Origin: Bacilli bacterium
Lineage (GTDB): Bacteria > Bacillota_I > Bacilli_A > RF39 > UBA660
NCBI GenBank assembly: GCA_017542065.1
Contig: JAFXXX010000007.1
Span: 2,182-66,181 of the forward strand
Reading direction: 5' to 3'
DNA: 64,000 bases
Shown here: positions 27,873 through 37,764 of the stretch, one piece after another
How the letters are laid out: each line of letters begins with the position of its first letter
Position numbering within the stretch: the stretch's first letter is position 1
The notes under the pieces: generated by a model
What the model saw: only the letters and a program-made list of their open reading frames with translations
Told to the model about the DNA's origin: nothing
Databases searched by the model: none
Position numbers and translations under genes: made by a program

Positions 27873-30800
27873 ATGCCAGTATGGACAGATGAACAATTAT
27901 CTGCGATTAATGAAGAAAACAAAAATATTATTGTATCTGCAGGAGCAGGCTCAGGTAAGACTGCTGTTTTAACTACGCGTGTTATTAGAAAAATAAAAGC
28001 TGGCACAAGAATCAATGAACTTCTAATTCTAACATTTACTAATATGGCAGCTAAAGAGATGAAAGAAAGAATAAAGAGTAAATTAAAAGATGAAGGATTA
28101 ATGGATGAATATAATTTAATTGATTCATCTTATATAACTACTTTTGATAGTTTCTCTTTAACTGTAGTTAAAAAGTATCATTACTTGATGGATGTTAGCA
28201 AAAATATAAATGTATTAGATAATTCAGTTTTATTAATTAAACAAAAAGAAATATTAGAAAAAATATTTGATGAATTATATGAAAAAGAAGATGAAGACTT
28301 TATTCATTTAATAAATGATTTTTGTATGAAGGATGATAAAAATATTTCAAAACTAATATTAGATCTATCATCTAAACTAGATTTAATTCCTGATAAAAAA
28401 TCATTTTTAAATAGTTATTTAGATAACTATTATACTGAGGATAATTATAAGAGATTAACTGATTCATATATAAGTATTATACACAGTAAATTAGAAGCGT
28501 TAGGGAACTTCTTAGAAGAAATCTCATATCAATGTGAACCAGAAAAGTATGAAGAAGTTTTAGGACATTATAGTAATCTACTTATTGCTTCATCTTATGA
28601 AGATATAAGAGTTAAAGCTGCATTTAAAACACCTAGTATAAGTGGTCTTAGTGAAGAAGCAAAAACTATTAAAACTAAGATTAATGATTGTTGTAATGAA
28701 ATCAAAGAACTATGTTCTTATAACACTATAGATGAAATGATTGATGAAATTAAGAATACATATTCTTATGTTAAATCAATTATTAGTATTATCTTAAAAC
28801 TTGATGAAGAAATAGATAAATACAAATTTGAAAATGATTTATATACTTTTAATGATATAGAAAAATTAGCTATTAGAATTGTTAAAGAAAATCCTGATGT
28901 AAGAGAAGAATTAAAAAATAGCTTTAAAGAAATAATGATAGATGAGTATCAAGATACTAATAATCTTCAAGAAGAATTTATTTCTTTAATTGAAAATAAT
29001 AATGTATATATGGTTGGAGATATTAAACAATCTATATATAGATTTAGAAATGCTAATCCAAATATATTTAGAAATAAATATGAAAGATATAAAGATAATA
29101 ATGGTGGAATGAAAATTGATTTAAATAAAAACTTTAGATCAAGAGAAGAAACTCTAACTAATATTAATTTAATATTTAATCTAGTAATGGATAATATATT
29201 TGGTGGTACTAATTATTTAGAAAACCAATTAATGTTTGGTAATAAATTATATTCTGAAAATAGATTAGATAATCAAAATAATAATTTTGAAATATATAAT
29301 TATGATTATAAAAAAGAACTTGGATTTAAGAGAGAAGAATATGAAGCATTTATTATTGCTAAAGATATTAAATCTAAAGTTGATTCTAAATATCAAATAT
29401 TTGATAAAGATAATAATATACTTAGAGATGCTGAATATAAAGACTTTGTTATTTTAATGGATAGAGGTACTACCTTTAATACATATAAAAAGATATTTAA
29501 TTATTTAAATATTCCATTAGATATTTATAAAGATGATGAAATAAATGATGATGAATTATTTATTATAATTAAGAATATTATTTCATTATTAATTAGTATT
29601 AAAAATAATAATTATGATAATTCATTTAAACATGCATATATTTCATTAATAAGAAGTTTCTTATATGAATATGATGATGAAAAGATATTTGATTTAATTA
29701 AAGAAAATACATATAAAGATGATATCTCATTTATTACATTAAAAGAGATATCTAATGAAATAGATTACTTACCAGTAAGTGATATTCTAGATTTAATAGT
29801 AGATAGATTTGATATTATTAATAAACTTACTAGAGTAGGTAATATAGATAATTTACTTACCACTTTAGAGTATATAATTAACTATTCTAAATCTATTAAA
29901 GATAATAATATTTTATACTTCAATGAATACTTAGATAGTTTATTAGAAGAAAAATTAACTATTACTATTAGTTCTAAGAAAGAAGATAGTAACTCAGTTA
30001 AACTAATGACTATTCATAAATCTAAAGGACTTGAATACAATATCTGTTATTATGCTGGATTATATCCTAAGTTTAATCTAGGAGACTTAAGTGAAAAAAT
30101 AATATACGATGATGAATTTGGAATATGCACTTCAGTATTTAACGAGGGATTAAAAGATACAATAGTTAAATTATTAATTAAAGATAGATATATTAAAGAA
30201 GAAATATCTGAAAGAATTAGATTATTCTATGTTGCATTAACTAGAGCAAAAGAAAAGATGATTTTATTATGTGATATGAATGGTGATGAAGAGAATAATA
30301 ACTATAATAACGGAATAGTTAAAGATGAAATAAGAAGTTCTTATAGATCTTTCCAAGATATATTATCTTCAATATCATTTAGTTTAAAAGATTATATTAA
30401 AAATATTAATATTGAAGAATATAACTTAACTAAAGCCTATGAAATAGGTATTAGTAAAAAGATTAATATACCTAAATCAAATGAAAAGATTAATGTATCT
30501 GAGGTGGAAGATACTTCAAGTTTAATAACTAAAGAAAAAGCATCTAAAGACCCTGTTATTCATACTAAAGAAGAAATAGAATTAATGGAATATGGTACTA
30601 AGATGCATAAGATATTTGAATATGAAAGCTTTAATAATCCACAAGATAAACATGTAATTGATTTCTTAAATACATATGGATATAAAAATGAATCCACAGT
30701 ATATAAAGAACTTGAATTCACATATGAAAAAGAAGGTAAAGAAATTAATGGTGTTATAGACCTATTAATTGAATATAATGATCATATAGATATTATTGAT

Positions 30801-30941
30801 TATAAACTTAGTAATATAGATGATTCTGCATATATTAAGCAATTAAAAGAGTATAAAGAGTATATATCTACTATTAAAGATAAACCTATAAATATTTATT
30901 TATATTCAATAAATAGCAATAAATGTGATATAATCGAATAA
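27873..30941 (+). CDS. addA: ATP-dependent helicase/nuclease subunit AddA. The ORF track begins at GTG 27864.
   Basis: UvrD-type motifs GAGSGKT and IDEYQDT. C-terminal RecB nuclease motif (IIDYK). The Shine-Dalgarno site GGAGGTGA precedes ATG 27873. Confidence 0.9.
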   Translation: MPVWTDEQLSAINEENKNIIVSAGAGSGKTAVLTTRVIRKIKAGTRINELLILTFTNMAAKEMKERIKSKLKDEGLMDEYNLIDSSYITTFDSFSLTVVKKYHYLMDVSKNINVLDNSVLLIKQKEILEKIFDELYEKEDEDFIHLINDFCMKDDKNISKLILDLSSKLDLIPDKKSFLNSYLDNYYTEDNYKRLTDSYISIIHSKLEALGNFLEEISYQCEPEKYEEVLGHYSNLLIASSYEDIRVKAAFKTPSISGLSEEAKTIKTKINDCCNEIKELCSYNTIDEMIDEIKNTYSYVKSIISIILKLDEEIDKYKFENDLYTFNDIEKLAIRIVKENPDVREELKNSFKEIMIDEYQDTNNLQEEFISLIENNNVYMVGDIKQSIYRFRNANPNIFRNKYERYKDNNGGMKIDLNKNFRSREETLTNINLIFNLVMDNIFGGTNYLENQLMFGNKLYSENRLDNQNNNFEIYNYDYKKELGFKREEYEAFIIAKDIKSKVDSKYQIFDKDNNILRDAEYKDFVILMDRGTTFNTYKKIFNYLNIPLDIYKDDEINDDELFIIIKNIISLLISIKNNNYDNSFKHAYISLIRSFLYEYDDEKIFDLIKENTYKDDISFITLKEISNEIDYLPVSDILDLIVDRFDIINKLTRVGNIDNLLTTLEYIINYSKSIKDNNILYFNEYLDSLLEEKLTITISSKKEDSNSVKLMTIHKSKGLEYNICYYAGLYPKFNLGDLSEKIIYDDEFGICTSVFNEGLKDTIVKLLIKDRYIKEEISERIRLFYVALTRAKEKMILLCDMNGDEENNNYNNGIVKDEIRSSYRSFQDILSSISFSLKDYIKNINIEEYNLTKAYEIGISKKINIPKSNEKINVSEVEDTSSLITKEKASKDPVIHTKEEIELMEYGTKMHKIFEYESFNNPQDKHVIDFLNTYGYKNESTVYKELEFTYEKEGKEINGVIDLLIEYNDHIDIIDYKLSNIDDSAYIKQLKEYKEYISTIKDKPINIYLYSINSNKCDIIE

Positions 30942-30954
30942 AGAGGTGAAACCT

Positions 30955-31554
30955 ATGAATAAAAATATATTAGATTTTTATATGATAGCTAACAAATTAA
31001 AAGATATAGTTAGAACAGGATGGATTGAACTTGGTGTTGAAAGAGATAGAGTAGAATCTGTAGCAGAACATGTTTATGGAACTCTAGTTTTAGCTTTAGC
31101 GCTAGATAGTGAATATAAACTTGATTTAGATTTACTAAAAGTATTTAAAATGTTAATTATTAAAGAATTAGAAAAAGTAAATCTAAATAACTTTACTCCA
31201 AGAGAATATCCAACTAAGGAAGAAAAGAAGAGATTAGCATTAGAAACTATTTCTAATACTTTATCTAGTTTATCTTCTAAAGATGAATTATTAGAAATAT
31301 ATGAAGAATATTCTAATAAAGAAAATAAAGAAGCTATATTTACATATAAACTTAGTAAAATTGAATCAGATATTCAAGTTAAGATATATGATTTAGATGG
31401 ATGTATAAGTATAGAAAAAGCTAAAGAAGATGTATCTTATTATGAAGAACCAGTTGAAATTAAGAATGCTTCAGATGGCTGGATTAAATTTAATAGAAGA
31501 TTCTATAATGATGAACTATTTAGTAGTTTATCTAAAGATATTGAAGAATTATAA
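30955..31554 (+). CDS. HD-domain phosphohydrolase, YfbR-like 5'-deoxynucleotidase family
   Basis: RTGW...ESVAEHVYGT HD motif region. ATG follows AGAGGTGA. Confidence 0.65.
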   Translation: MNKNILDFYMIANKLKDIVRTGWIELGVERDRVESVAEHVYGTLVLALALDSEYKLDLDLLKVFKMLIIKELEKVNLNNFTPREYPTKEEKKRLALETISNTLSSLSSKDELLEIYEEYSNKENKEAIFTYKLSKIESDIQVKIYDLDGCISIEKAKEDVSYYEEPVEIKNASDGWIKFNRRFYNDELFSSLSKDIEEL

Positions 31555-31569
31555 TTCTTGTGTTAAAAT
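31541..31569 (+). promoter_or_regulatory. Promoter for the gltX T-box leader
   Basis: TTGAAG, 17-nt spacer, TG-n-TAAAAT. Confidence 0.4.
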
Positions 31570-31574
31570 ACACG

Positions 31575-31775
31575 TATAAAAACGAGGAAGAAGAATAGTA
31601 AAATAAATAAATACGTAGAGAGCTTATGGTTGGTGAAAATAAGTTATTATATTTATTTGAAGAAACTTTGGAGTTTATTCGCTGATTAGCGTTACAATCA
31701 AAAAGAGCATAGAAATATCTATGAAGTAGGGTGGTACCGCTTAATTAGTCCCTACATCGTAGGTATTTTTTTCGT
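31575..31775 (+). ncRNA. T-box riboswitch leader (tRNA-Glu sensing) controlling gltX
   Basis: Conserved T-box sequence AGGGTGGTACCGC at 31728-31740. The gtaggg/ccctac antiterminator competes with the ccctac-atc-gtagg terminator, which is followed by TATTTTTTT. The candidate specifier is GAA then A at 31672-31675, in a ttgaaGAAAc context after the distal ggttggtgaaaat platform. Confidence 0.75.
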
Positions 31776-31793
31776 TTTAAAGGAGGAATAAAA

Positions 31794-33452
31794 ATGACAA
31801 ATAAAGAATATGCAGATTTTCTTTTACCAGGTGTTGAGCATACTTGGGAAGATTATGAAAAGATGTACCCTGAAAGAGATTTACCTGAGGGAGCAATAGT
31901 TACTAGATATGCACCTAGTCCTACTGGATTTGTTCATATAGGGGCTTTACTAGTATCATTTCTTTGTTCTAGATTTGCTAAACAAACAGGAGGAGTAAAT
32001 TTCTTAAGAATAGAAGATACTGATCAAGAAAGAAGTATTGAAAATGGTGTATCATCTATTATTAATAGTTTAAAAGACTTTGGAGTAACATTTGATGAAG
32101 GACCCATTTCTGAAACTGAGGAAAATGGTAATTATGGTCCTTATACTCAAACAAAAAGAAAAGAAATATATCAAGCATTTGCTAAAAAATTAATTGAAGA
32201 AGATAAAGCTTATGCATCTTTCTTATCTAAAGAAGAACTTGAAGAAATAAGAGCTAGACAATCTGCGTCTAAAGAAAGACTAGGTATTTATGGTAGATAT
32301 GCTAAAGATAGAAACCTATCGAAAGAAGAGGTTATTCAAAGAATTAATAATGGTGAAAGTTATATTATTAGAATTAAATCACCAGGTAATTTCTTTAATA
32401 AGATAAAAGTTAATGACTTAATTAAAGGTACTTTAGAAATGCCTGAAAATGATATAGATGAAGTTATCATTAAGAGTGATGGTATTCCTACATATCACTT
32501 TGCTCATGCAGTAGATGATCATTTAATGAGAACTACACATGTTATTAGAGGTGATGAATGGTTATCATCTTTACCAAAACATATTCAATTATTTGAAATG
32601 TTAGGATTTAAACCAGTTAAGTATGCACATATTGCACCACTTACTAAAAATGATAATGGAACTATTAGAAAATTAAGTAAAAGAAAAGATCCAGAAGCAT
32701 CAGTAGATTACTTTACAAATGCTGGAGTTCCTAAAGAAGCTATTATGCTTTATTTAGCTACTGTAGCAAATTCTAACTTTGAAGGTTGGTTAGATCAAAA
32801 CCCAAATGGTAATCTAGATGATTTTAAATTTGAATTTAAGAAATGTTCTGCATCTTCTGGTTCATTATTTGATTTACCTAAGTTATATAATATTTCTAAA
32901 AACTATATTAGTAGACTTACTAAAGAAGAAGTATATAATGGTGCACTAGAATATGCTTCTAGATTTGATTCAGAATTATGTGAGATATTAGAAAAATATC
33001 CTGAATATTCAAAAGCAATATTTAATATTGAAAGAGAACAAAAGAAACCAAGAAAGGACTATGAAAAATATTCTGATGTTAAAGGTCAAATTTGGTATAT
33101 GTATGATGAATTGTTTGCTAAATATAAAGACGAAAATGGATATGATTATCAATCTATAACAGATAAAGATGAAATAAGAAATATTATTAATACATATATT
33201 GATAAATATTATGATGAAAATGATGATAAAGATACTTGGTTTAGTAAGATTCAAAGTCTTTGTGATGAACTGGGTTACGCATCAAACATGAAAGATTATA
33301 AAGAAAATCCTGATAACTATAAAGGAAATGTTGCAGATGTTTCTACTGTTATTAGAGTATCTTTAACAACTAGATCTATGACACCAGATTTATATGAATT
33401 ATTAAAGTTAATTGGTAAAGAAAAAATCAAAGAAAGATTTAACTTAATCTAA
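31794..33452 (+). CDS. gltX: Glutamate--tRNA ligase
   Basis: HIGH-like PSPTGFVHIGALL. KMSKS-like KLSKRK. Preceded by a T-box leader with a Glu specifier. Confidence 0.85.
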   Translation: MTNKEYADFLLPGVEHTWEDYEKMYPERDLPEGAIVTRYAPSPTGFVHIGALLVSFLCSRFAKQTGGVNFLRIEDTDQERSIENGVSSIINSLKDFGVTFDEGPISETEENGNYGPYTQTKRKEIYQAFAKKLIEEDKAYASFLSKEELEEIRARQSASKERLGIYGRYAKDRNLSKEEVIQRINNGESYIIRIKSPGNFFNKIKVNDLIKGTLEMPENDIDEVIIKSDGIPTYHFAHAVDDHLMRTTHVIRGDEWLSSLPKHIQLFEMLGFKPVKYAHIAPLTKNDNGTIRKLSKRKDPEASVDYFTNAGVPKEAIMLYLATVANSNFEGWLDQNPNGNLDDFKFEFKKCSASSGSLFDLPKLYNISKNYISRLTKEEVYNGALEYASRFDSELCEILEKYPEYSKAIFNIEREQKKPRKDYEKYSDVKGQIWYMYDELFAKYKDENGYDYQSITDKDEIRNIINTYIDKYYDENDDKDTWFSKIQSLCDELGYASNMKDYKENPDNYKGNVADVSTVIRVSLTTRSMTPDLYELLKLIGKEKIKERFNLI

Positions 33453-33485
33453 TATATATGTTATACTTAAAGTAGGAGGAACAAT

Positions 33486-33995
33486 ATGGAAGAAGTAGTA
33501 TTTAATAAATCAAGATTAAAACCAGATGAAATAACTGAGGTTTTAGATAAAGCTAGAATTGTTCTTAGAAATACTAGTGGAGAATTTGTACTTTGTAGAT
33601 TTAATAGAGTTTACTTTTTACCAGGAGGTAAAATGGAACAAGGTGAAACTCCAAAAGATACAATTATTAGAGAAGTTAAAGAAGAAACTAATATAGATGT
33701 AGTTTTAGATAGTGAAGAACCATTCTTATTAGTTAAGAATTATTTAAGAGATTATGATATAGTAGATGGAACTATTCAAAATAGATTAGTTAATACTTAT
33801 TATTTTACAGGTGTTACTAGTTCAGATGATATAGAATATTTTCATCAAACTAAACTAGAAAAACAAGATAGTTTAAGAGGTTTCTTTATTGATAAAGAAG
33901 AAGCTATTGAATTATTAAAAGAATATAATGAAGAAGATGAAAAAGCTAAATATTTAGCTATTGAAACTCTAGAAGTATTAAATAGATGTAAATAG
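33486..33995 (+). CDS. NUDIX hydrolase
   Basis: Nudix box GGKMEQGETPKDTIIREVKEETNI. Confidence 0.8.
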   Translation: MEEVVFNKSRLKPDEITEVLDKARIVLRNTSGEFVLCRFNRVYFLPGGKMEQGETPKDTIIREVKEETNIDVVLDSEEPFLLVKNYLRDYDIVDGTIQNRLVNTYYFTGVTSSDDIEYFHQTKLEKQDSLRGFFIDKEEAIELLKEYNEEDEKAKYLAIETLEVLNRCK

Positions 33996-34006
33996 GAGGT
34001 ATTATT

Positions 34007-34522
34007 ATGGAAAAATATAATATTGAAAAATTAGCTAATGATTTTTTAACTAGGTATCCTTTAACTGTAGCATGGAGAATATCTCAACATGCAAAAGTAA
34101 TGGAAAAACATTTAAATCCAGATGAAGAAATATTCTATTTATTTGTTGCACAAAAGAATCCTAATCCATTTGATATTTTTTCAACATGTATAGTAGCTTT
34201 AACAAATAAAAGAATTATGGTTGCACAAAAGAGAGTAATATTTGGATATAATTTAAAATCAATTACTCCAGATTTATTTAATGACTTTTCTATTTATAAA
34301 GGAATTATATTTGGTAAAACATATATAGATACTGTTAAAGAATTTATAGCACTTTCTAATATTGATCCAAAAGCATTACCTGAAATAGAAACAAATCTAT
34401 CAGAATACTTACTTCGTATTAAAGAAAAATATGGTAAGAAGGGTGATTATTCAGAAGCTGAAGAAACAACTCTATCTTATAGCTTTGATCAAGACGAAGA
34501 AAAACCATACAAAGATGAATAA
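34007..34522 (+). CDS. Bacterial PH-domain (YdbS/YdbT-like) protein
   Basis: Short hydrophobic stretch followed by an LTNKRIMV..QK motif typical of bPH_2 domains. Low certainty. Confidence 0.45.
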   Translation: MEKYNIEKLANDFLTRYPLTVAWRISQHAKVMEKHLNPDEEIFYLFVAQKNPNPFDIFSTCIVALTNKRIMVAQKRVIFGYNLKSITPDLFNDFSIYKGIIFGKTYIDTVKEFIALSNIDPKALPEIETNLSEYLLRIKEKYGKKGDYSEAEETTLSYSFDQDEEKPYKDE

Positions 34523-34569
34523 AAATTGTTGTATTTAAACAATTCTTTTGGTATAATTAAACATGCGAT

Positions 34570-34643
34570 GGACCTATAGCCAAGTGGTAAGGCACGGGAC
34601 TGCAACTCCCTGATCGTTGGTTCAAATCCGACTAGGTCCTCCA
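34570..34643 (+). tRNA. tRNA-Cys(GCA)
   Basis: ggacctaTAGCCAAGTGGTAAGGC. Anticodon loop is cuGCAac. T-arm is GGTTCAAATCC. CCA is encoded. Confidence 0.85.
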
Positions 34644-34652
34644 TGTTATTTT

Positions 34653-34727
34653 GCAGGTGTAGTACAACGGTTAGTACGTGGCCTTGCCAAGGCTGAGACG
34701 GGAGTTCGATTCTCCTCACTTGCTCCA
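34653..34727 (+). tRNA. tRNA-Gly(GCC)
   Basis: Acceptor is gcaggtg/cacttgc. Anticodon loop is uuGCCaa. T-arm is GGAGTTCGATTCTCC. CCA is encoded. Confidence 0.85.
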
Positions 34728-34737
34728 TTTGTTAATT

Positions 34738-34763
34738 AATCGAACTTGTAGTTCGATTTTTTT
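34738..34763 (+). terminator. Terminator after the tRNA-Cys/Gly pair
   Basis: aatcgaact/agttcgatt hairpin followed by TTTTT. Confidence 0.7.
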
Positions 34764-34774
34764 GTGGCAAAATA

Positions 34775-34802
34775 AAAAGTCAGATAATTCTGACTTTTTT
34801 TA
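34775..34802. terminator. Second, bidirectional terminator
   Basis: aagtcaga-taat-tctgactt hairpin. It is flanked by an A-run and a T-run, so it also serves the convergent 34800-35690 gene. Confidence 0.7.
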
Positions 34803-35690
34803 CCATAATTTAGGGTTTACTCTAGATTTACCTAAATTATATTTTTTTGTTAATGCTTTATAAGTATCTGATTTAATTAATGATTCTGTTTTTTCAACTA
34901 GATCATCTTTTAATGGATCTCCTAAACCTTCACATGGTAAAACTCTATCTCCAGCTATTGGAAGCATAATAGAGTTAAGAACTGTATAAATTGGTTCTTG
35001 ATAATGTTTAAATAATAGAGTATGAGTTGTATCATCTACCATTTTCATATTTCCATTTTCATCTTTCTCACATAATTCTGAATGCCCAACTAATCCATAT
35101 AAAGTTTTTCCATTATAATCAAATTTTATATATGTATCTGAATCAATATCTAATACAGAAACTTTTCCGGTTAATAATAAACTAACAAAGAAAGGATCAA
35201 TCATATCTAGTGCATAAAGAGTTTGCCAAATAGAATATCCACTAAAACTTTGTATATTTAGTTCTTCTGTACTATGAGATTTATCTAGTTTTCTATATAC
35301 TTCGTGTGGAGTAGAAGTAAATACATCTTTTGTAGGAACTGTATACATAAATGAATCCATTACATTTTTATTAAACCATTTAGCATATTCATCTTTATCA
35401 TCAATTTTTTTTCTTAAGTCTCTAAACCCATGGATTCTATAAATTCCATCTCTATGATTTGCTATTAATCTAGCAATAGTATTCTTTTGTTCAGTTGTAA
35501 GTAATCTTGATTTCATATTAACTCTAAGAATACCGTTTTCATCAACTTTTATAATTCTTCCTAATTGTTCATCATTTTTTATGGTGTTACGTATTTGCCA
35601 CCAAACAAATCTATCAATTGCTCTATATTCCCATAGATTATCATCATATTTTTCTTCACATTTTAATTCAAAAATACTCATGTTATTCAC
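34800..35690 (-). CDS. Hypothetical protein, 296 aa, no recognisable domain
   Basis: Long ORF with a terminator at its 3' end and its own upstream intergenic region. Confidence 0.5.
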   Translation of the reverse strand: MNNMSIFELKCEEKYDDNLWEYRAIDRFVWWQIRNTIKNDEQLGRIIKVDENGILRVNMKSRLLTTEQKNTIARLIANHRDGIYRIHGFRDLRKKIDDKDEYAKWFNKNVMDSFMYTVPTKDVFTSTPHEVYRKLDKSHSTEELNIQSFSGYSIWQTLYALDMIDPFFVSLLLTGKVSVLDIDSDTYIKFDYNGKTLYGLVGHSELCEKDENGNMKMVDDTTHTLLFKHYQEPIYTVLNSIMLPIAGDRVLPCEGLGDPLKDDLVEKTESLIKSDTYKALTKKYNLGKSRVNPKLW

Positions 35691-35804
35691 CTCAAAATTT
35701 AATTCTTATTATATCATAAAAGTAACTCCAGTCAATGTAAATTAAATGGTCATAAAACTTTTTTTATTTTTATGGTATAATTAAAGTATAATTAGGAGGG
35801 TATT

Positions 35805-37172
35805 ATGATTGAATTTGAAACAGACTCAAGAATAATTAAACCAGGTCAAACATTTGTAGCTATTGATGGATTTACTGTTGATGGACATAGTTTTATTCCT
35901 GGAGCAATAGAGAAGGGTGCTACTAAAGTAATAGGAGAAAAAGACGTTGAATGTTCTGTTCCTTATGAAAAAGTAGCAAGCACTAAAGAATTTTTAAAGG
36001 AACAATTAGTAGAAAAGTATTCAAAAGAATTTGAAGATTTACATGTAATAGGTGTAACAGGTACTAACGGTAAAACAACTACTTGTTATTTAACTTATCA
36101 ATTCTTAAATAAGCTTGGATTAAAAGCAGCTTATATTGGAACTATAGGTTTTTATTATGAAGACTATAAAAGAGAACTTCCAAATACTACACCAGATATT
36201 TTATCTGTATATAAGTTATTTATGGAAGCTAAAGAACATGGTTGTAAATATATAGTTATGGAAGTAAGTTCTCATTCGCTTGAAGAAGAGAGAATAGCAG
36301 GTATTAAATTTGATGTAACTGCATTTACAAATCTTACTCAAGATCACTTAGATTTCCACAAGACTATGGAAAACTATTTAAATGCTAAATTAAAAATATT
36401 TAATTATTTAAAAGATGATGGTGTAATGATTGTTAATAATGATGATTCTTATGCTAGTAACTTTATTAATGAAAAATCAGTTACTCTTGGTTATAAAGAA
36501 GATTCTGATTTAAGAATTAAGAATGCTAATTATACACCAATGAATACAACAATTGACTTTACTAAAGAAGGTAAAGATTATACAGTAGTTACTAATTTAA
36601 CATCTAAATTTAATGTATATAACTATTTAACTTGTTATTACATTTTAAATAAACTTGGTATTGATGATGAAAAGATAATTGAAACTACTAAAGATATTTT
36701 TCCTCCAAAAGGAAGATGTGAAATAATTAAAGTTAATAAAGGAGTAGCAGTTATAGACTATGCTCATACTCCTGATGCTGTAGAAAAAGTTATAAATTCA
36801 TTTAATGAACTTAAACAAAATAGAGTAATAACTATTGTTGGTTGTGGTGGAGATAGAGATAGAACTAAAAGACCTATCATGGGAGATATTGCTTGTAAAT
36901 TAAGTGATCATGTTATATTTACAAATGATAATCCTAGAACAGAAGATCCTAATCAAATAATGAATGATATAGTTAAAGATTTAAAATATAATAATTATGA
37001 AATAATATTTGATAGAGTAGAAGCTATTCATAAAGCAATAGATGATATGGAAGATAATGATATTATCTTAATACTTGGTAAAGGTCACGAAGACTATCAA
37101 ATAATTGGTCATGAAAAGAGACATTATGATGACCATGAAACAGTTCAAAAGTGGATTGAAGAACATAAATAG
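35805..37172 (+). CDS. murE: UDP-N-acetylmuramoyl-L-alanyl-D-glutamate--(L-lysine or meso-DAP) ligase MurE
   Basis: Mur ligase ATP-binding motif [11 protein letters not shown]-terminal DNPR motif (TNDNPRTED). Confidence 0.9.
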   Translation: MIEFETDSRIIKPGQTFVAIDGFTVDGHSFIPGAIEKGATKVIGEKDVECSVPYEKVASTKEFLKEQLVEKYSKEFEDLHVIGVTGTNGKTTTCYLTYQFLNKLGLKAAYIGTIGFYYEDYKRELPNTTPDILSVYKLFMEAKEHGCKYIVMEVSSHSLEEERIAGIKFDVTAFTNLTQDHLDFHKTMENYLNAKLKIFNYLKDDGVMIVNNDDSYASNFINEKSVTLGYKEDSDLRIKNANYTPMNTTIDFTKEGKDYTVVTNLTSKFNVYNYLTCYYILNKLGIDDEKIIETTKDIFPPKGRCEIIKVNKGVAVIDYAHTPDAVEKVINSFNELKQNRVITIVGCGGDRDRTKRPIMGDIACKLSDHVIFTNDNPRTEDPNQIMNDIVKDLKYNNYEIIFDRVEAIHKAIDDMEDNDIILILGKGHEDYQIIGHEKRHYDDHETVQKWIEEHK

Positions 37173-37183
37173 TGAGGTATAAA

Positions 37184-37732
37184 ATGGATTACGGAAAATT
37201 AAAAGGAACTAAAACTGAAGAAAATTTAAAGGCTGCTTTTGCAGGTGAATCACAAGCTAGAAATAAATATACATATTATGCATCAAAAGCTAAAAAAGAT
37301 GGTTATGAACAAATAGCCGCTATCTTTGAAGAAACAGCAGGTAATGAAAAAGAACATGCTAAATTATGGTTTAAATATTTGCATAATGGAGAAGTTCCTA
37401 CTACTGTGGATAATTTAAAAGATGCTGCTGATGGCGAAAACTATGAATGGACAGATATGTATGAACAATTTGCAAAAGATGCAGAAGAAGAAGGCTTTGA
37501 AGAACTTGCTATTAAATTTAGACAAGTAGGAGAAATAGAAAAGCATCACGAAGAAAGATATAGAAAACTTCTTAAGAATATAGATGATCAAGTAGTATTC
37601 TCTAAAGATGAAGATAAGATTTGGATTTGTAGAAACTGTGGACATATTGTTATTGGTAAATATGCTCCTGAAGTATGTCCAGTATGTAATCATCCACAAA
37701 GCTACTTTGAAGTAAAAGCAGAAAATTATTAA
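37184..37732 (+). CDS. rbr: Rubrerythrin. The ORF track begins at GTG 37172.
   Basis: Diiron ferritin-like domain with E..EH motifs. C-terminal rubredoxin-like CRNCG...CPVC. ATG 37184 follows GTGAGG. Confidence 0.9.
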   Translation: MDYGKLKGTKTEENLKAAFAGESQARNKYTYYASKAKKDGYEQIAAIFEETAGNEKEHAKLWFKYLHNGEVPTTVDNLKDAADGENYEWTDMYEQFAKDAEEEGFEELAIKFRQVGEIEKHHEERYRKLLKNIDDQVVFSKDEDKIWICRNCGHIVIGKYAPEVCPVCNHPQSYFEVKAENY

Positions 37733-37737
37733 AATAA

Positions 37738-37764
37738 AAAAACTAGTCAATGACTAGTTTTTCT
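37738..37764. terminator. Bidirectional palindromic terminator
   Basis: aaaaaACTAGTCAATGACTAGTtttt between convergent rbr (+) and the SPFH gene (-). Confidence 0.7.

Noticed and set aside
34489-34863. ORFs 34489-34728 (-) and 34678-34863 (+) over the tRNA-Cys/Gly pair
   Set aside because: They overlap tRNA genes and terminator hairpins. They are spurious.
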